A DNA stretch of 64,000 nucleotides from Bilabrum cf. latius (lineage: Eukaryota). Under the pieces are notes generated by a model that had not been told where the DNA came from, ran no database searches, and saw only the letters and a program-made list of their open reading frames with translations. This document shows positions 23,101 to 36,211 of this stretch, in pieces; position 1 is the stretch's first letter, and every line of letters starts with the position of its first letter. The position numbers and the translations under genes were made by a program. The stretch spans positions 434,001-498,000 of the forward strand of contig OZ237771.1 in NCBI GenBank assembly GCA_965178125.1. Reading direction: 5' to 3'.

Positions 23101-26100
23101 TCAGTTGGAGCCGCTGGTGCTGGGGCTCATGTAGTGGCACCAACTGCATCGGAGGTTGGTGGTGGAGTGCTGCAGCATTCGGCGCCCAACGGGCCGCAGG
23201 GATAGGCCTAGGCAGGGCAACCAGCTGCAACACCAGTGGAGCTGCTTGCGCCCGCCTCTTCCCCTCAGCAGCAGCAGACATCCATGCAGCAATAGCAACG
23301 CCCGCTCCGACTCGCCCCCGCCAGTGCTCGCACCCACCGCAGCAGCGCTCCCACTTCACAGAGCCTGCTGCACAACGTGCTCGTGTTCCTCGCCAACCTG
23401 GCCAACTTCAAGAGGCACCAGCAGATGCAGGCCAGGGAACAAGAGCTAGCGGCGGCCGCAGGGGCCCCCGCGCCCGTCCCCCGACCCCCATCCCCCCTCG
23501 ACGCATCGGAATACACGGCCATCGCGCAGCGCCACGCAGAGCTCGTCGGGTCCATACCTCTTGAGGAGGGGGCGGCCAGGCCGTATGGGGCGATCGCGAG
23601 TTTGTCGGAGCTGGTGACCGCCTTTGAGACGCTGGAGGAGGCCTGGAGCCGGCTGACGAGTGCCCAGGGAACACAGCAGGAGATCAACTCGATGCTGCGA
23701 GCCGCCGTGCGAGCCAGGATGGGGGGCGCTGCCATCGTGCCGGGCAACATCCCGGCTGCCGCGGCCCAGTCGCCCGAGGTGCAGGAGCTGGTGGGAAGGC
23801 AGCAAGCAATCGTGCAGCAGATTGCAGGCGCGCAGCAGCAGCTGCAAGTCGCCCTCCTGTCGGCGTATGGGATGGCCTCGAGGGCGGATGCAGTGGACGA
23901 CCTGATCCAGCTGTCGCTGCACAGCTACATCAGGAGGAACCTGCCGAAACTGGTAGAGCTCGCCAGCATGGAGCTAGAGCAAGACTAGGTCTTGAGCTAG
24001 GGACAGGGACTGGGAAATGGACAAATGGCCGGTGCTGGATCGGCTGTGCCCGCACCAGCAACAGTTCCGCCGCACCAGTTGGCAGGCACATCAGCTAGTG
24101 CGGCGACATCGGCATCAACAGTCCCAGACTCAGCGCCTGCTCCTGCACCTGCAACGGCACCTGCACCTGCACATGCATCAGCACCAGCGCCAGCACCAGC
24201 GCCAGCAGCTGAACTTGCCCATGCAGCCCCATCGGCAGCTTAGCCCCAGCCCGCTCGCTCCTCCGAATCATCGCACGGCGGGAGCGTGGCAGGCTCGGGT
24301 CATTCGTCACACGAGCCAACCCACCTCCGGTCACTTGACGCCCCGGTTGCAACCGGTGAAGACTGCGCCTTCCTTAACTCTGAATCGATGTCCGGGCCGG
24401 GGGCCAGCAGTGGTCCAGCGCCCGTGCCCGTGCCGGTTGTGCGCGCCTCTGTGGAGGGGCTTGCATCGAGTTACGGCCGCATAGTGGAAGAGGCCATGAA
24501 GAGGCAGGAGCAGAGGCTGCTGGATCCACCGAGGGCGGAGGTCCAGGGGTTCGCAGCGAAGGTTCTCTGGGGCCAGCGCGTGGTGGGTCTGCACTCCGGG
24601 GGTGCGCTGTACCGTGAGGGTCTCCTTCGGCCCCACGACGTCCTGCTGTCGCTCGTGGTAGAGGAGGAGGAGGAGCATTCGGGGGGCCGAGGGGCGCCGG
24701 GAATGGCGACTGGGAGTCGTGGACCGGAGGCGGGGTAGGGATAGGTGGAGATGGTGGACGACTCGGAATCGAATCGAGAGAGCCGCACGCGATTGCGCGT
24801 GCTGTGGGGGCACGGGCCCCAGGCTGCCGGCGTGGCACACGCGATGGGGCTCGATTCGGAGTGTGACGAGTGCCACCCGGACCCGGAGGGGCAGAACCCG
24901 GTGCTGGATCCATCTTCCCTGCGCAGTGCGATGCACCTTGCGCGTCAGCCATGTGACGATCACCCCGCTTTCTCCTCCTCCAGACCCCGGCACGCCGTCC
25001 TCCTCGTGGCCCGCCCAGTAGCACTGATGGCGATCGAGGCAGCGGTCCGGGGGATGGGGCCTAGGGAGGCGGCAGAGACGCCATGGCCCGGCCCAGTGGT
25101 GCCACTGGCGGCGTATGTGAGGCAGGGCAGGCGGAGCATTGGCGCCGCGCGGGCAGCGGAACCAATGCCCCGATGCCCGCACCCCGTGCTCGCTCTCGAG
25201 CCCACCGCAGGGGGGCGTGCGGAGAGGGAGCGCCTCGGGGCCGCACTCGTCACACCTGAGGCGGCGCTGCCCTGGGAGGTCCGTCATCGGTGGAGGCTGC
25301 AGACGCTGTGGGAAGCCCCGTATGTTCCGCTGCTCGCCGCGGTGCGCGGCGCCGTTCTCCGGCGCGAGCACATCTACGGTGGAGGGGCTGTGGCAAAGGC
25401 GCAGGGGCTTCGGGCGCTGGCCGATGCGCTGCAATGGGCTGCAGATTGGGAAGGGTCGGGCTGGGAGAGGATGTGCCTATCGAGGAGGCGGGGAACAACG
25501 GGGGGGTTGTTGGGGGGTGTGCAGCCCGTGGCAACGAGATCGCTCGAGACTAGCGCGCACTCGTCACACTCGGATGCCACCACCCAGGAGCTGGAGCCGG
25601 AGGACGAGGAGGCTCAGTCTCCGGACGCGGCCGCGAAAGTGTCCTTCCATCGGCAGCCCAGGTGGGGGGAGGGCCTAAGAGACGGGTGGCCGCTGCTGGC
25701 ACTGACCAATCCCCATGTGGAGGAGGGGGGGGAGGGGGAGGGGAATGATGGGGTCAATGGGCCCCCCGGGGATGATGGGGTCAATGGGCCCCCCAGTGCG
25801 GGGTCGAGTCGCACGGGCATCAGCAGTGCCACTGCACTCGCAGGAACAAGCCGGCCTGGAAGCAGCGGGAGCGGCAGCGGGAGCGGCAATTCCAAGTCAA
25901 GATCCAGGCAGCACCGGGCACAAGGGGGGGTGCAAACACAAGGGGGGGGGCAAACGCATGGGGGCCAGGGCACTTGGGGAACAGCTGCCGAGGATACTCC
26001 GGGCAGCATCAGGGGCATGATCCGACCACCGTCCGCCAACCCGAGCGCCCCCGGAAGTGCATTGCACGGTGCTGCGCAGCGCCCAGGCAGCGGCCCCTCC

Positions 26101-29100
26101 CCTGCTCTGGGCAGCCCGGGCAGGCCGGGATCCGCCAGCCGACGGAGCGGGGCCTTCACACCCCTGGGCCACAAGCGGCCCAGATCCGCCTCGCTGGGGA
26201 ACAAGGTCATGCTGGGGAACAAGGGTCCAGGGCACGGCGCCATCAGGGCGGGGGCTGCCCCTGTGAGCAGTGCAGGGAACGACGTGCCGGTACCCGTGAT
26301 GCTGCTGCACAATGACCCCCCCGCACCAGCGGAAACGCCTCAGGATGGCAGGAGGGAAGCGGCAGACGATTCGGGGGACGGTCTTGCTGGCATGCTTTCT
26401 GTAGAAAGAAGAAGAGGAAGTGGTGGTGGCGGTGGTAAAACTGGATGCAGGCCAGCGGTCGTGCGTGGCACTTGGCGGTCTGGGTGGGACACCCTCAGGT
26501 GCACTGCACTGCGGCACAAGGGCGCCTCATCAGAGTGTAGTAATGCTGCGGGTCATTTATAGGCACAACCTTAGAGTGGTGCTGGCACTGCTGGTGCGGG
26601 TGCTGGCACAAGCGGCCTCGCATCTTCGGCATCCAGCGGTAAAGAGCACAGTGCATCTTCGGCATCCAGCAGTGAATAGCACAGTGCGAGCATGCGACGG
26701 CAGGGTGATAGTATCCAGGACCAGGACCAGGACCAGGACCAGAGTCAACGCAAGGAGAATGAGAGGGAGCAAGCGCAATAGGAATAGGAGCACGATCAGG
26801 ATGGCAAGTCGGAGCCAAGCCGTAAGCGACGGAGGACCGAGGTGGCCCAGCAGGGTGCATCGCGTGGTCATGATGACACTGTGCCATTGATGACGATTGC
26901 GGGCGGTACTGACGTCATTTTCCCGCCTGGTGACCCGCGCGGCCCGCTCAGCGGAACGGTTGGGTTGGTCGCAAGGCTTGAAGCAGCTAGGGCAGAGGGG
27001 CTTGAGGCAGAGGGGCACCACTCGTCACACACCAGCAGCGGTAGGAGGCGAGGCAGGTCGGTTTCCTCCTCTGGGTCTGTGGACGTGCAGGGTGGAGGAG
27101 CCGAACCGGGGGCTGGAGCTGGCACAGGCAGTGGCTCCTCCTCATCCTCCTCCTCCTCCTCATCGTCATCATCATCATCATCATCATCATCTTCTTCGTC
27201 GCAAGCGGCCGCGGAAGGTGTTGTGACGAGTAAAGAGGGCAGGGGGGTGCTGCTGCCCGTGACCGGGTCCGGTGTGTCTGGGACGGTCGTGGTGGAGGGG
27301 GCACCGAGTGCCCTCTTGAGGTCAGCGGCTGCTGCGGGTGTGTCCGTGCCTGGGCGCGTTGCTGCCCGATTGCAAGGGGGTGGAGCGGGAGGGGATACAG
27401 ACAGGCATCGGTAGGGTTAGGCTCGTGGTACTTTTATTATGCCGTGTGACGAGCCTCTGGTGGATCCGCCTTTGGGTGCACTGCACGGTGGTGGTGCAGC
27501 CGGGCCCCCTCCCCTATCCGCTCTGGTATCGCTCGAGCTCGGGATGCAGCAGGCGAGTGCCAGAGAACTGAAGCTGATCAAATGGCCCGAACCAAGCCGA
27601 AGCAGCCCCACCGGCAGCACAAAGGAGAAGGCAAAGGGTCAGAAACGGAATGAGGACGATGGTGACGGCATGGATGTACCCGTTGCGGTTTCGGGTGCAG
27701 ACCGCATGGGCGGCAGGCAGGCCGTGCTCGCAGTCGGGCTGGTGCTGAGAGGGGGTAATGGGGGGGATGCAAGGGGGGGGCATGAAGGGGTGACCCCGCT
27801 GTGGGGTGCTTTGGATCTGCGGGGAGGCGAGAGCGGTGGTCAAGAATCCACGGGTGGATTGGACAGGGTTGCGAAGCGGACCGGCTGCCTGCCGCCCCAG
27901 GCGGACTGGCTTGAGCCGAGTGGGATGGTCAGGGTGCATCGCACGGTGGTGCTCCCACTGGGTGGCGTGGATAGGGATGGGCACCTGGTACGCCTGGCAC
28001 ACGTGAGGCAGCGAGGCTCTGCATTCGATCGGAGCATCCGTTGGGGCGGCCGGGTGCCGCTGGAGGCGTGGCTTCTGCCGGGGCCAACGGAACCGGCGCC
28101 GCGCATTTGGCCGCGAGGGGCTCCGCGGCTGCTCCCTGGACCATCGGCCGCCCCCGGGCTGGGCCTCGCTGGCGGTTCTGGTGTGACGAATGCGTCCGCG
28201 GGGCCCGGGCTGGGTCACCCCCAGTCGCTCGAGGAGCTGAGGGCCTCCGGGACGGGGCTGAGGGACCTGGCGTGCATCGCACTGCGGCGCGAGTGGGCGC
28301 AGGCCGCACATGAGTAGGCCACGTCAGACCCCGTGCGTCGGCTCAAGATGCTCCGGCGGGGCATCAACATGAAGCTGATCAAAGCCACGCTCCTCAGGCG
28401 CGTGCTGCGAGCATGCGGGCTTCCAGCTGACGGAGGCAAGCCGGCGGTCATCTCCAAGATCAAGGAGCTGTGCTGGGTGGGCAATCCCCTGGCCAAAGAG
28501 GCGCCCGCTGCCTGCAGGCAAGAGGCTCAGAGGATCATCGACCAGGCAGAGGCGGGACAACCCCAGGAAGTGGTCACTGCTTCGAGGATGGTGCAGGGGC
28601 ATGTGGGGGTTGGGGGCGCGTCTTTGGCCACCTCTGCGGGGGGTGCTGGCGGTGGCAGCACTGTAGGGAGTATCGGTGGAAGGGGAGGGGGGCTGGGGGG
28701 CGGCGGATCAATGCGGTCGGTTGTAGGGGTGGGGCTCTCGGGTTCAAGACCGGCAGCAGGTCGCGACCTATCCTCCCTGCTTGGGCTAAGGAACAATTCC
28801 CCAGGGAACAAGGAGACGGGGGCGTCCTACTGCGATCTGGGCGTGATTCGGAGCATGTATGGCGAGCTGTAGGTAGGGGTGGTCAAACTGGGGGAAGATG
28901 GGGGATGTGTGCCGGCCGTTCTGCTCGATGTGCCTGAGATGGCGACGAGGCAACCCGATGGCGCTGGTGTGACGAGTGGTGGGGAAGGGGAGGACACAGA
29001 AGGGGCAGGGGAGGGAAGCGCCCCTGTGCTTGCGGTTGACTCTGACGATGGCTCGAGCTTGCAGCAGGACGCGGGGAAGGACACGGGGCCGCGGGCGGGC

Positions 29101-31317
29101 AGCAGCGGTGGCGGGCAGGTAGGGATGGAGGGGGGGTCGGACATCGGGGACGAGAAAGAGGAGGATCGCAATCCACCGGTGGATTCGGACCAGGGGGCGG
29201 ATGCGCTGCTGGATGTGACGATTGAGTCGCTTGAATCCATCTGCGGGTCGGTGCATCGCATGGTGGTGCCACTAGACGGCGCTGCCGCTGCAGGAGCCAT
29301 GCGGGGGATCCGGCCAGCTGGGGGTGTGGAGGGGCTGCCGGGGATACGGGGGCTGCTGCAGGGTGGCCAAACAGGAAGACTTGGGGCTGGGGGTGTCGAT
29401 AGAAGTAAAGGCAAGGGCGGTAGCGATGGCACGCGCTCTGTGTCTGTGCATGTCCCAGGCTCCGATGGGGAGGGGCTCGGGCTCGGGCTGGATGCTGCTC
29501 AGTTCACCGTGAGTCGTCGGGTGGCGGCGGGCGATGACCTGCTGCTGTCGCTGTGGGGGCTGAGGCAGGCCCTGGATCTGGAAGGACTCAACGGACATAT
29601 GATGGAGGCCCGAGGGAGACTAGAGGATGGAGCGCCCGATGGCACTCGTCACACCAAGGTCCGCGTGACGATTCCTTCAAGGGTGGCGGGAGATGCGGCC
29701 GGGGCGCGTTGGGAGGCGGCGGGGCGAGCGCCGCCCGGTCTCAGGCTGCTGGCGCTGGGGGTGTAGCGGGGCGGGGGTGGGAGTGGGAGTGGGGGTGGGA
29801 GTGGGGGTGGGGTTGGGGGTGGGAGTGGGGGTGGGGTTGGGGGTGGGAGTGGGGGTGGGGGTGGGTCGCGGGGCAGAGGGACGATGGAGGGGGCAGCGGG
29901 GCGCGACGGGGGGATCGGGCAAAGTGCATTGCATGGCCGTACGGGGGGGCAAGCACGGAACTGGATTGGGCCGGGCCGGGCTGCAGCTGCGCAGGCCCTT
30001 TGTATGCCGCGGGATGGCGCTGGGTACGTGCTGCGGTGCATGCCCCGGCTAGCGAGGGGGGGTGTTTTAGGCTGGGCCCCCACCAGGGGGGAGGCCAGGG
30101 GAATCCTCCTAGAGGCTCTTGCGCTGCAGGCGGACGTGTGCAGGGGGCACGCGGTCATGGAACGTTCGCGAACCTTCATCGAGAGGGGGCTGCAGGGGTG
30201 GGGCCAGGGCAGCGCCGAGGCTCTGGCTTCCCTGTTTGACCCCTGCTCCCCCAGGGGAATACTCACACCCCACATGGGGGGCGCCGGAAGCAGTCCCACT
30301 CCCTTTGGTGTGACGAGGGCGTCTTCACCATGGGGAGTTCTGCCGGGTGACCCAGGCGCCGCGCATCAGCGGAACATGGTTCGGTCCGCCATGCGCGCCA
30401 TGGTGTTGGCCGTCGCAGCCTGCTCCGAGTCGGGAGGCCCCGCACCGGTTGCAACCGCTCTGGCCCAGAGCGCCGCCAGACGAATCGTGGAGCTGCATTT
30501 GATGCCTCGCGATCCGATCGGAGCACAGCGCCCCAGGGACCCCCACGGGCCGCTCGCCGAGGCTGGCGAGGCGGAGCGCGCGGCGCCTCTAGTGGCGGTT
30601 CCGCTGCTGGAGCAAATGGCTCAGGGTGCATCGCACGGTAGTGATTATAGGCAGGAAACGGGCCAGGCTGCAGGCGATGACTAGGCACGTAGTGACGAGT
30701 GCTCAGCGGCGGACGAGGAGGAGGAAGGCCTGCAGACAGGCCCCACCTCGGGGTGGATGTGTTCCCTGGTAGAACGTGTGACGAGTGCAGGCGTGGTCCG
30801 CCTGACCAGCCGGCACGCCCCCGCCGCCGAATACGTCGACTCGCCGGTGGCCTGCGTGAAGGGGGCTGCGCTGGCGGACGGCGGGGCGTGGTGGATGGAC
30901 CGGAGGGGTGTGACGAGTGTAATGCCGGGGGTCGAGGCCGCATCGTCGGCGGCGGGGGGCGACCGGGATGACGGTGGCTTCCGTGTGACGAGTGAAGGTT
31001 GCAACCGGGTGGGACTGGAGGCTGAATCCGCCGTGCTGCTGCAGCCAGCAGCGAGCGATGCGCACAACGCCGGGAGGGTGCATTGCAGTGCAGCGGGTGC
31101 CTGGGTGCCCACGAACGACTGGGTGTGGGGCGCCCAGGACGTACTGGGGTGCGTGCTGGCGGGCGAGGCCAGTCGTGTGACGAGTGTGGGCAGCCTCCGT
31201 GAGAGGCTGCTGGCGCTCGAGGAGGCTGGTGAGGGGGCTGCTGGCGCAGGTCAGGGGTCTCAGGGCGGGGATTCAAGGATACTGGAGGAGGCGATTCGTA
31301 TCATTGAGAATATGTGA
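20199..31317 (+). CDS. Giant (~3,670 aa) low-complexity protein with a SAP-like DNA-binding motif; intron 20643-20742
   Basis: ORFs 20833, 21337, 21691, 23377, 24025, 24286, 24745, 26842, 27439, 28333, 28879, 29884 and 30757 share one frame and are separated only by TAG. The first TAA/TGA is TGA 31315-31317. SAP-like IKATLLRRVLRACGLPADGGKPAVISKIKE lies near 28378-28467. Confidence 0.78.
27135..27201 (+). repeat. Trinucleotide (TCC/TCA/TCT/TCG)n poly-Ser tract
   Basis: Directly visible. Confidence 0.85.
29773..29865 (+). repeat. G-rich hexamer array (GGGAGT/GGGGGT/GGGGTT) encoding a Gly/Ser/Val linker
   Basis: Directly visible inside the giant ORF. Confidence 0.85.
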
Positions 31318-31498
31318 GGTTCATTTGAATTGCGAATACTTTAGTGAGGCAAATGTGTTTGATCCACTCGGCGGACCTTGTTCCGTAAAATATTGCGCGG
31401 CGGCAGAAGCTTGACTGGCTGCTGACGTTTGCAGAGAGATACGTATTGTTTAGCCTGCAGGCGCATTAATAACCCGTAAATAGTACTGGTCTGCCACC

Positions 31499-34400
31499 AT
31501 GTATGATTATATGCTTAAAATGATGGAGGACCCTTGGCGATGGGTTGACTTCTCGCTTGAATCACCCGTAGATCCAACGTTCGCCTGGGGCCTGTACTTC
31601 CGGCTGCTTGGCGTGGTGTGCTTCGTCGCGTTCATCGCGTTTGTCCCGCAAATTCGCGGTCTCATTGGAAACAGGGGGATCTCTCCATGGTACATGATGA
31701 GGGAGCGCCTGCTGCGCGACTATGACACGTGGGTGGCTCGACTGTACTTTGCTCCTACGATCCTGTGGCTCTTCCCTGGTCCGCAATGGACCAAGACAAA
31801 GATCGCCAGGAAAAACAGCAATAGTGATAGCTACGAGATGGATTCGCAAGACGAGTCGGTGCCTGGGATCGAGGCGATTGCTCGCTCCTCCACGCCGCTG
31901 GCCGACTGGCCGCACCCCGGCGCTGCTCGCCCGCAGATGGTGCCTTCGTTTGCCAGCGACCTGCCAATCCTGATGCTCCCTGTTGTGGGATGCGCATGCG
32001 CGCTCCTCATGGTGCTCAGTTCCGGCTGGGCCGCATGGCTCGGACTTCTCGGCTGCGCGCTGCTGCTGCGTTCGATCGACGCCGCCTTCACGATGGAGTA
32101 CCCCTGGGATTCGCTGCTCCTTGAGACGACGAGCCTGTCGCTCTTCCTGCCCGCACCCGCACAAAGCCTAGGCCCCGCGCTCTGGGCGCTGGCGTCCCCC
32201 GGGACTGTCACCAGCGGGGCGGGATTGCTGGCAGGGGTGCAGGCAGCGGTGGAGTCCACCACTGCCACAGCGGCTGTGCCCGGGAGCGTGCCGGCCTGGG
32301 CCATCCGGATGCTGCTGTTTCGGGTCATGTTCGGGTTCGGAAAGGTGAGGCATATAATGGAATAGACATAGCTATGGGCAGAGACGAGTACACAGCTCTC
32401 CCTATCCCATCCCAACCGGTGATGCTTGCTCACTGGTACACTCCAAGCGATGCAATGCCCCATCCCCACCCTCCTCTCACTCGTCACACCCCGCAGCTCA
32501 AGTTCTTCGACACTAGCTCTCACGACATCACGTACATCAAGCACTTCTTCATCTCCATGCCCATGTGCTCCCCGCTGGGCTGGATCGGACACCACACGCC
32601 GGACCTTGTGCACATAGGCGGGCTGGCCTTCATGTTCCTCACAGAGATACCCCTCCCGTTCTTCGCGTTCTTCAGGGGAGGCCTACGGCTGCTCACGTGC
32701 CTGCTGCTGCTCAAGCTCCAGGTCGGGATCCAGCTCACGGGGAACTTCGGGTACTTCAACCTGCTGACCGCGGTGCTGTGTGTGCCGCTGCTTGACCTGC
32801 AAGGGGGGTTCGATTTCGTCAGGATCGGACCAGAGGTTGCAACCGGTGGTGCCAGCGAAGGTTCGTCGAGCTGGTTCGCCGTGGACCCCTCGGCGGCGTG
32901 GGTGGACGCCCTCCCCTCGATCGAGAGGCTGACGTCAGACCGGTTCGGGACTGGACCTCCCACTATTGATGCTGCTGTGGTGCTGCTGGGCACGGTGGTG
33001 GCAGCCGTGGTGGCTGTTGCCGTGCCCGCATACCTGCTGCTGGTGCACCTGCCCGCATGGCTGTTCATGTTCCCTTCCACAAGCTGGGTGACGCTGGGCT
33101 TCGCCTCCTGGCCGACGCTCGAGAAGTCGCAGCCCAAGGCGCTCACCAGACCGCTGCTGCGGCTGCTGAGGTTCATGTCGCAGTTCCGGCTTGCGCACGC
33201 GTACGGCGTGTTCCCTCCAGACAGCTTTCCCTCGGCGAGGTTCGTCGTGGTGTACGAAGGTTCGGTGGACGGGAAGGACTGGCAGAGGTACCACTGGAGG
33301 TACTTTGCAACGGACGAGCACTCCACGCCCCCGCTGGTGGCCCCCTGGCACCCCCGTCTGGACCACGCGATTTTCTACGAGGGTCACCTGGGTGCATCGG
33401 GGCACGACATGCTGGCTCCTGTGGGCAGCACCAACCCGTACCGCGTGTCTAGGTCGTGGATCTTCCGGCGGCTGCAGGCGCGGCTGCTGGAGGGCAGCTC
33501 CAACCCGTGCCACTCGGCGTTCTTCCAGGGAACAGGAGGGAACAAGGACCCGTTTCCGGACCCGAGCCGGCCTCCCAATGCGGTCCGTGCATCGCTGTAC
33601 ATGATGCGCGCCACATCGCTGACGGAAGGTCTGTGCAAGGGGCGGTGGTGGAACGAGACCCGGCTGGGGACCCACCTCGCGCCAGTGTGGAGGGACCTGC
33701 CTGACGAGCTTGCGACCAACGAGGGAGAGCGGGAGGACGAAGATCTGGCGATCGCGACTCTGCAGCCGGCGAGGACTCCAGCGAAAACCGGAACACACGT
33801 GTTTGGGTTGTCCCACGGATCGGCGCACACCCTGTGGGCTTAGGCCCTCCCCCCTCCGGAGCTGTGGCACCCCGAGATGCGGACGTGGAGGGGGGGCTTC
33901 GCAGGGGAGCAGGGGCCGCTGGATGACGCAATGGCGCCGCGCACGAGCGCCACGCTTGGTTCCGCAGAGGAGGAGCAGGCTCTGTGGGAGATGGTGCAAG
34001 CGGTCAGGGAGGCCGCATTCGAGGCGGCTGCGGAGCTGGAGGAAGACTAGTAGGAGAAGGAGCAGGAGAGTGGTGGTGACAGCGAGGAGGAGACTGATGA
34101 GGAGGAGGAGGATCAGGTCAGGAGCAAAGGGCGGAAGCGGGCTACGTCCCGAGGAAGGGGCCGCAAGCCCACTCGTCACACCAACGGCGGCATGGCCTCC
34201 CACCACCCCACGGCGTCGAGGATTCCGCAGCCCGACGCATGCCCCCCCGTGGACCATCCCCTCACCGCAGTGCAGTGCAACCGGGTGTTCACCTACCGCA
34301 CGCTGCCCCTGGTGGTCGAGAAGCTGCGATCGACCTACACTCCCGCCCAGCTGGCCCGCCTCGAGGAGCTCTTCGGCCTGTTCTCCAGCGCCATCACGGA

Positions 34401-35424
34401 GCGGCTGAACGCGGTCTACCACAGGCCGACACCCGGGTCCAAACAGGTGGGCAAAGAGGCGGCGGCTGCCACGTCATTGGTGCAGGACGCGGTCTGGAAG
34501 CTGCAGCGACAGCACACCTCGGGGAACACGCACAAACCTGCTTCCCCGGAGCACGCGGTTGCAACCGCCGAGCACTCCATGGCCGCTGCGATCCGGTTCG
34601 CGGAGAGTCGGTGGGCGGGCGATGACGACGAGGGGGCGGGCGTGGAGGAGGAGGGGGAGGGCGTGGTGGAGTGCTTCGACCTGTACCGCAGGCGGATCCG
34701 ATCCTGGATCGAGGCTCCTTTGTCCACCCCCCAGTGGGAGGACCCGACGGAGGAACAAGACGAGCTGGGCGTGCCCCTGGACGAGAGGCCGACCCCTGAC
34801 TCGGGCTCCATGCAGAGGCTTGGACGGATGGGGAACACGTGGAGGATCGCAGGGTATGCCCGGCTGGTGGTGCTCGCGGGCGGGCGCTCCATGGCGCACC
34901 ACGCTCTTGGGGGTCCCAGCGGGGTCAAGGCGATCCTGGGGAACAGAACCAAGGTCTGCTCCGATCCGTTGGCAGACCACGCGCGAGAGCTCGTTCGTGC
35001 TATGCACCCAGCGCACAGGGAGGATGACGAGGCCCGAACGCTGCTGGACGTGACCCATTCTCCGGCTGTGACATTCCTGCTGACGTCACTCCCCGACCTG
35101 CACCCGGGCCTGGTGACTCCCTCGGCCCGCGACTTCGGCTGGATGCTCTTCCACTACGAGCTGGCGGGCAAGCACGCGGCGTTCTGCGACGTGACCAAGG
35201 CGACCTCCAGGCGCAAGCGGTGGGGGACCTACCTCAACACGGGGCTTGCCAACGGCGGCCTGCATGCCCTGGTGAGGCTGGGGGGACAGCCGGGTCTCAA
35301 GCAGTGGTGCGACGCAGAGGGCGGGGCACGCGTGCGGCGGTTCTTGCGCCCGCGGTTTGACGAGGATGGGGACTGGGAGTTTCTGGGGTTCAAGGAGCCC
35401 ACGGGGGAGGCTGGGGGCAAGTGA
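31499..35424 (+). CDS. Lipase maturation factor (LMF1/LMF2) family membrane protein with long C-terminal extension; intron 32345-32496
   Basis: YFRLLGVV..AF..FVPQIRGLIGNRGISP, YPWDSLLLE, LLFRVMFGFGKLKF, QVGIQLTGNFGYFNLLT, HAYGVF, YEGSVDGKDW and VAPWHPRLD. Reads through TAG 33841 and later TAGs to TGA 35422. Confidence 0.9.
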
Positions 35425-35751
35425 AGCGAGCGAGCTGCCAGGGACTGATGGTCCACTTGCAGCCACAGCTCACATTCGTGTCTGAACGAATCCACCCGAT
35501 GGTCTCGAATCAGATCCGGATTTCATTTGATTTTTTGTCGATACGCACATCCAGGGCTACCCTGCCATCCAGGGATCCGTGGATACAATGCAACTTGCAA
35601 TGGTCCAAAATCCAGGATTGCGCAAAATACGGTGTACCGGCATCCAATGGACTCGAAATCCGGATAGTTTAACCTTGAGTACAGCGATGCGCACTAAAGC
35701 TGAACTCCGGGTTACGTAAAACTGCACACAACACACTCGAGCACTTCACAC

Positions 35752-36176
35752 TCACTGCACACCGGCCAGCCGCCTCAGCTGCTCGACAGTCACGGGCACG
35801 AGCCTCTGACCCTCACCAGCCGCTCCACCTCCGCCACCTCCCGCAGTAGCCCCAAGCACGGCCCCGCGCTCGAACGACACCAGCGCTCGCCCCACCCGGT
35901 ACACCGTCCTGCTCGATCCACCCACCGCACTCGTCACACCGGATCCCGTACCCATCCCCTCGGGCACCAGATCAAGCCCCCAGTCACTCACCAGCCGAGA
36001 CACCGCAGCGACCATGCCCCCTTCGACTGAGGCCTGCCCGCCTCGATGCTGTGACGAGTGCGCTGCGCCCTCCATGTCCGTGTCCGTCACGCCCAACCGG
36101 CCCAGCAGCCCCTGCAGTTTTCTCGGTCCTGACGGGGGCAGGGGCTGGGCCGAGACTCGCGATCCATCTGAATACA

Positions 36177-36211
<35 letters not shown>

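Noticed and set aside
29773-29865. Interstitial telomeric repeat (GGGGTT-like)
   Set aside because: Mixed hexamers in frame encode a Gly/Ser linker, with only two GGGGTT units.
35490-35670. Cluster of ATCC/GGAT words and a short imperfect repeat (ATGG.CTCGAA...ATCCGGAT) in a convergent intergenic gap
   Set aside because: Too short and degenerate to support a MITE, ncRNA or terminator call.
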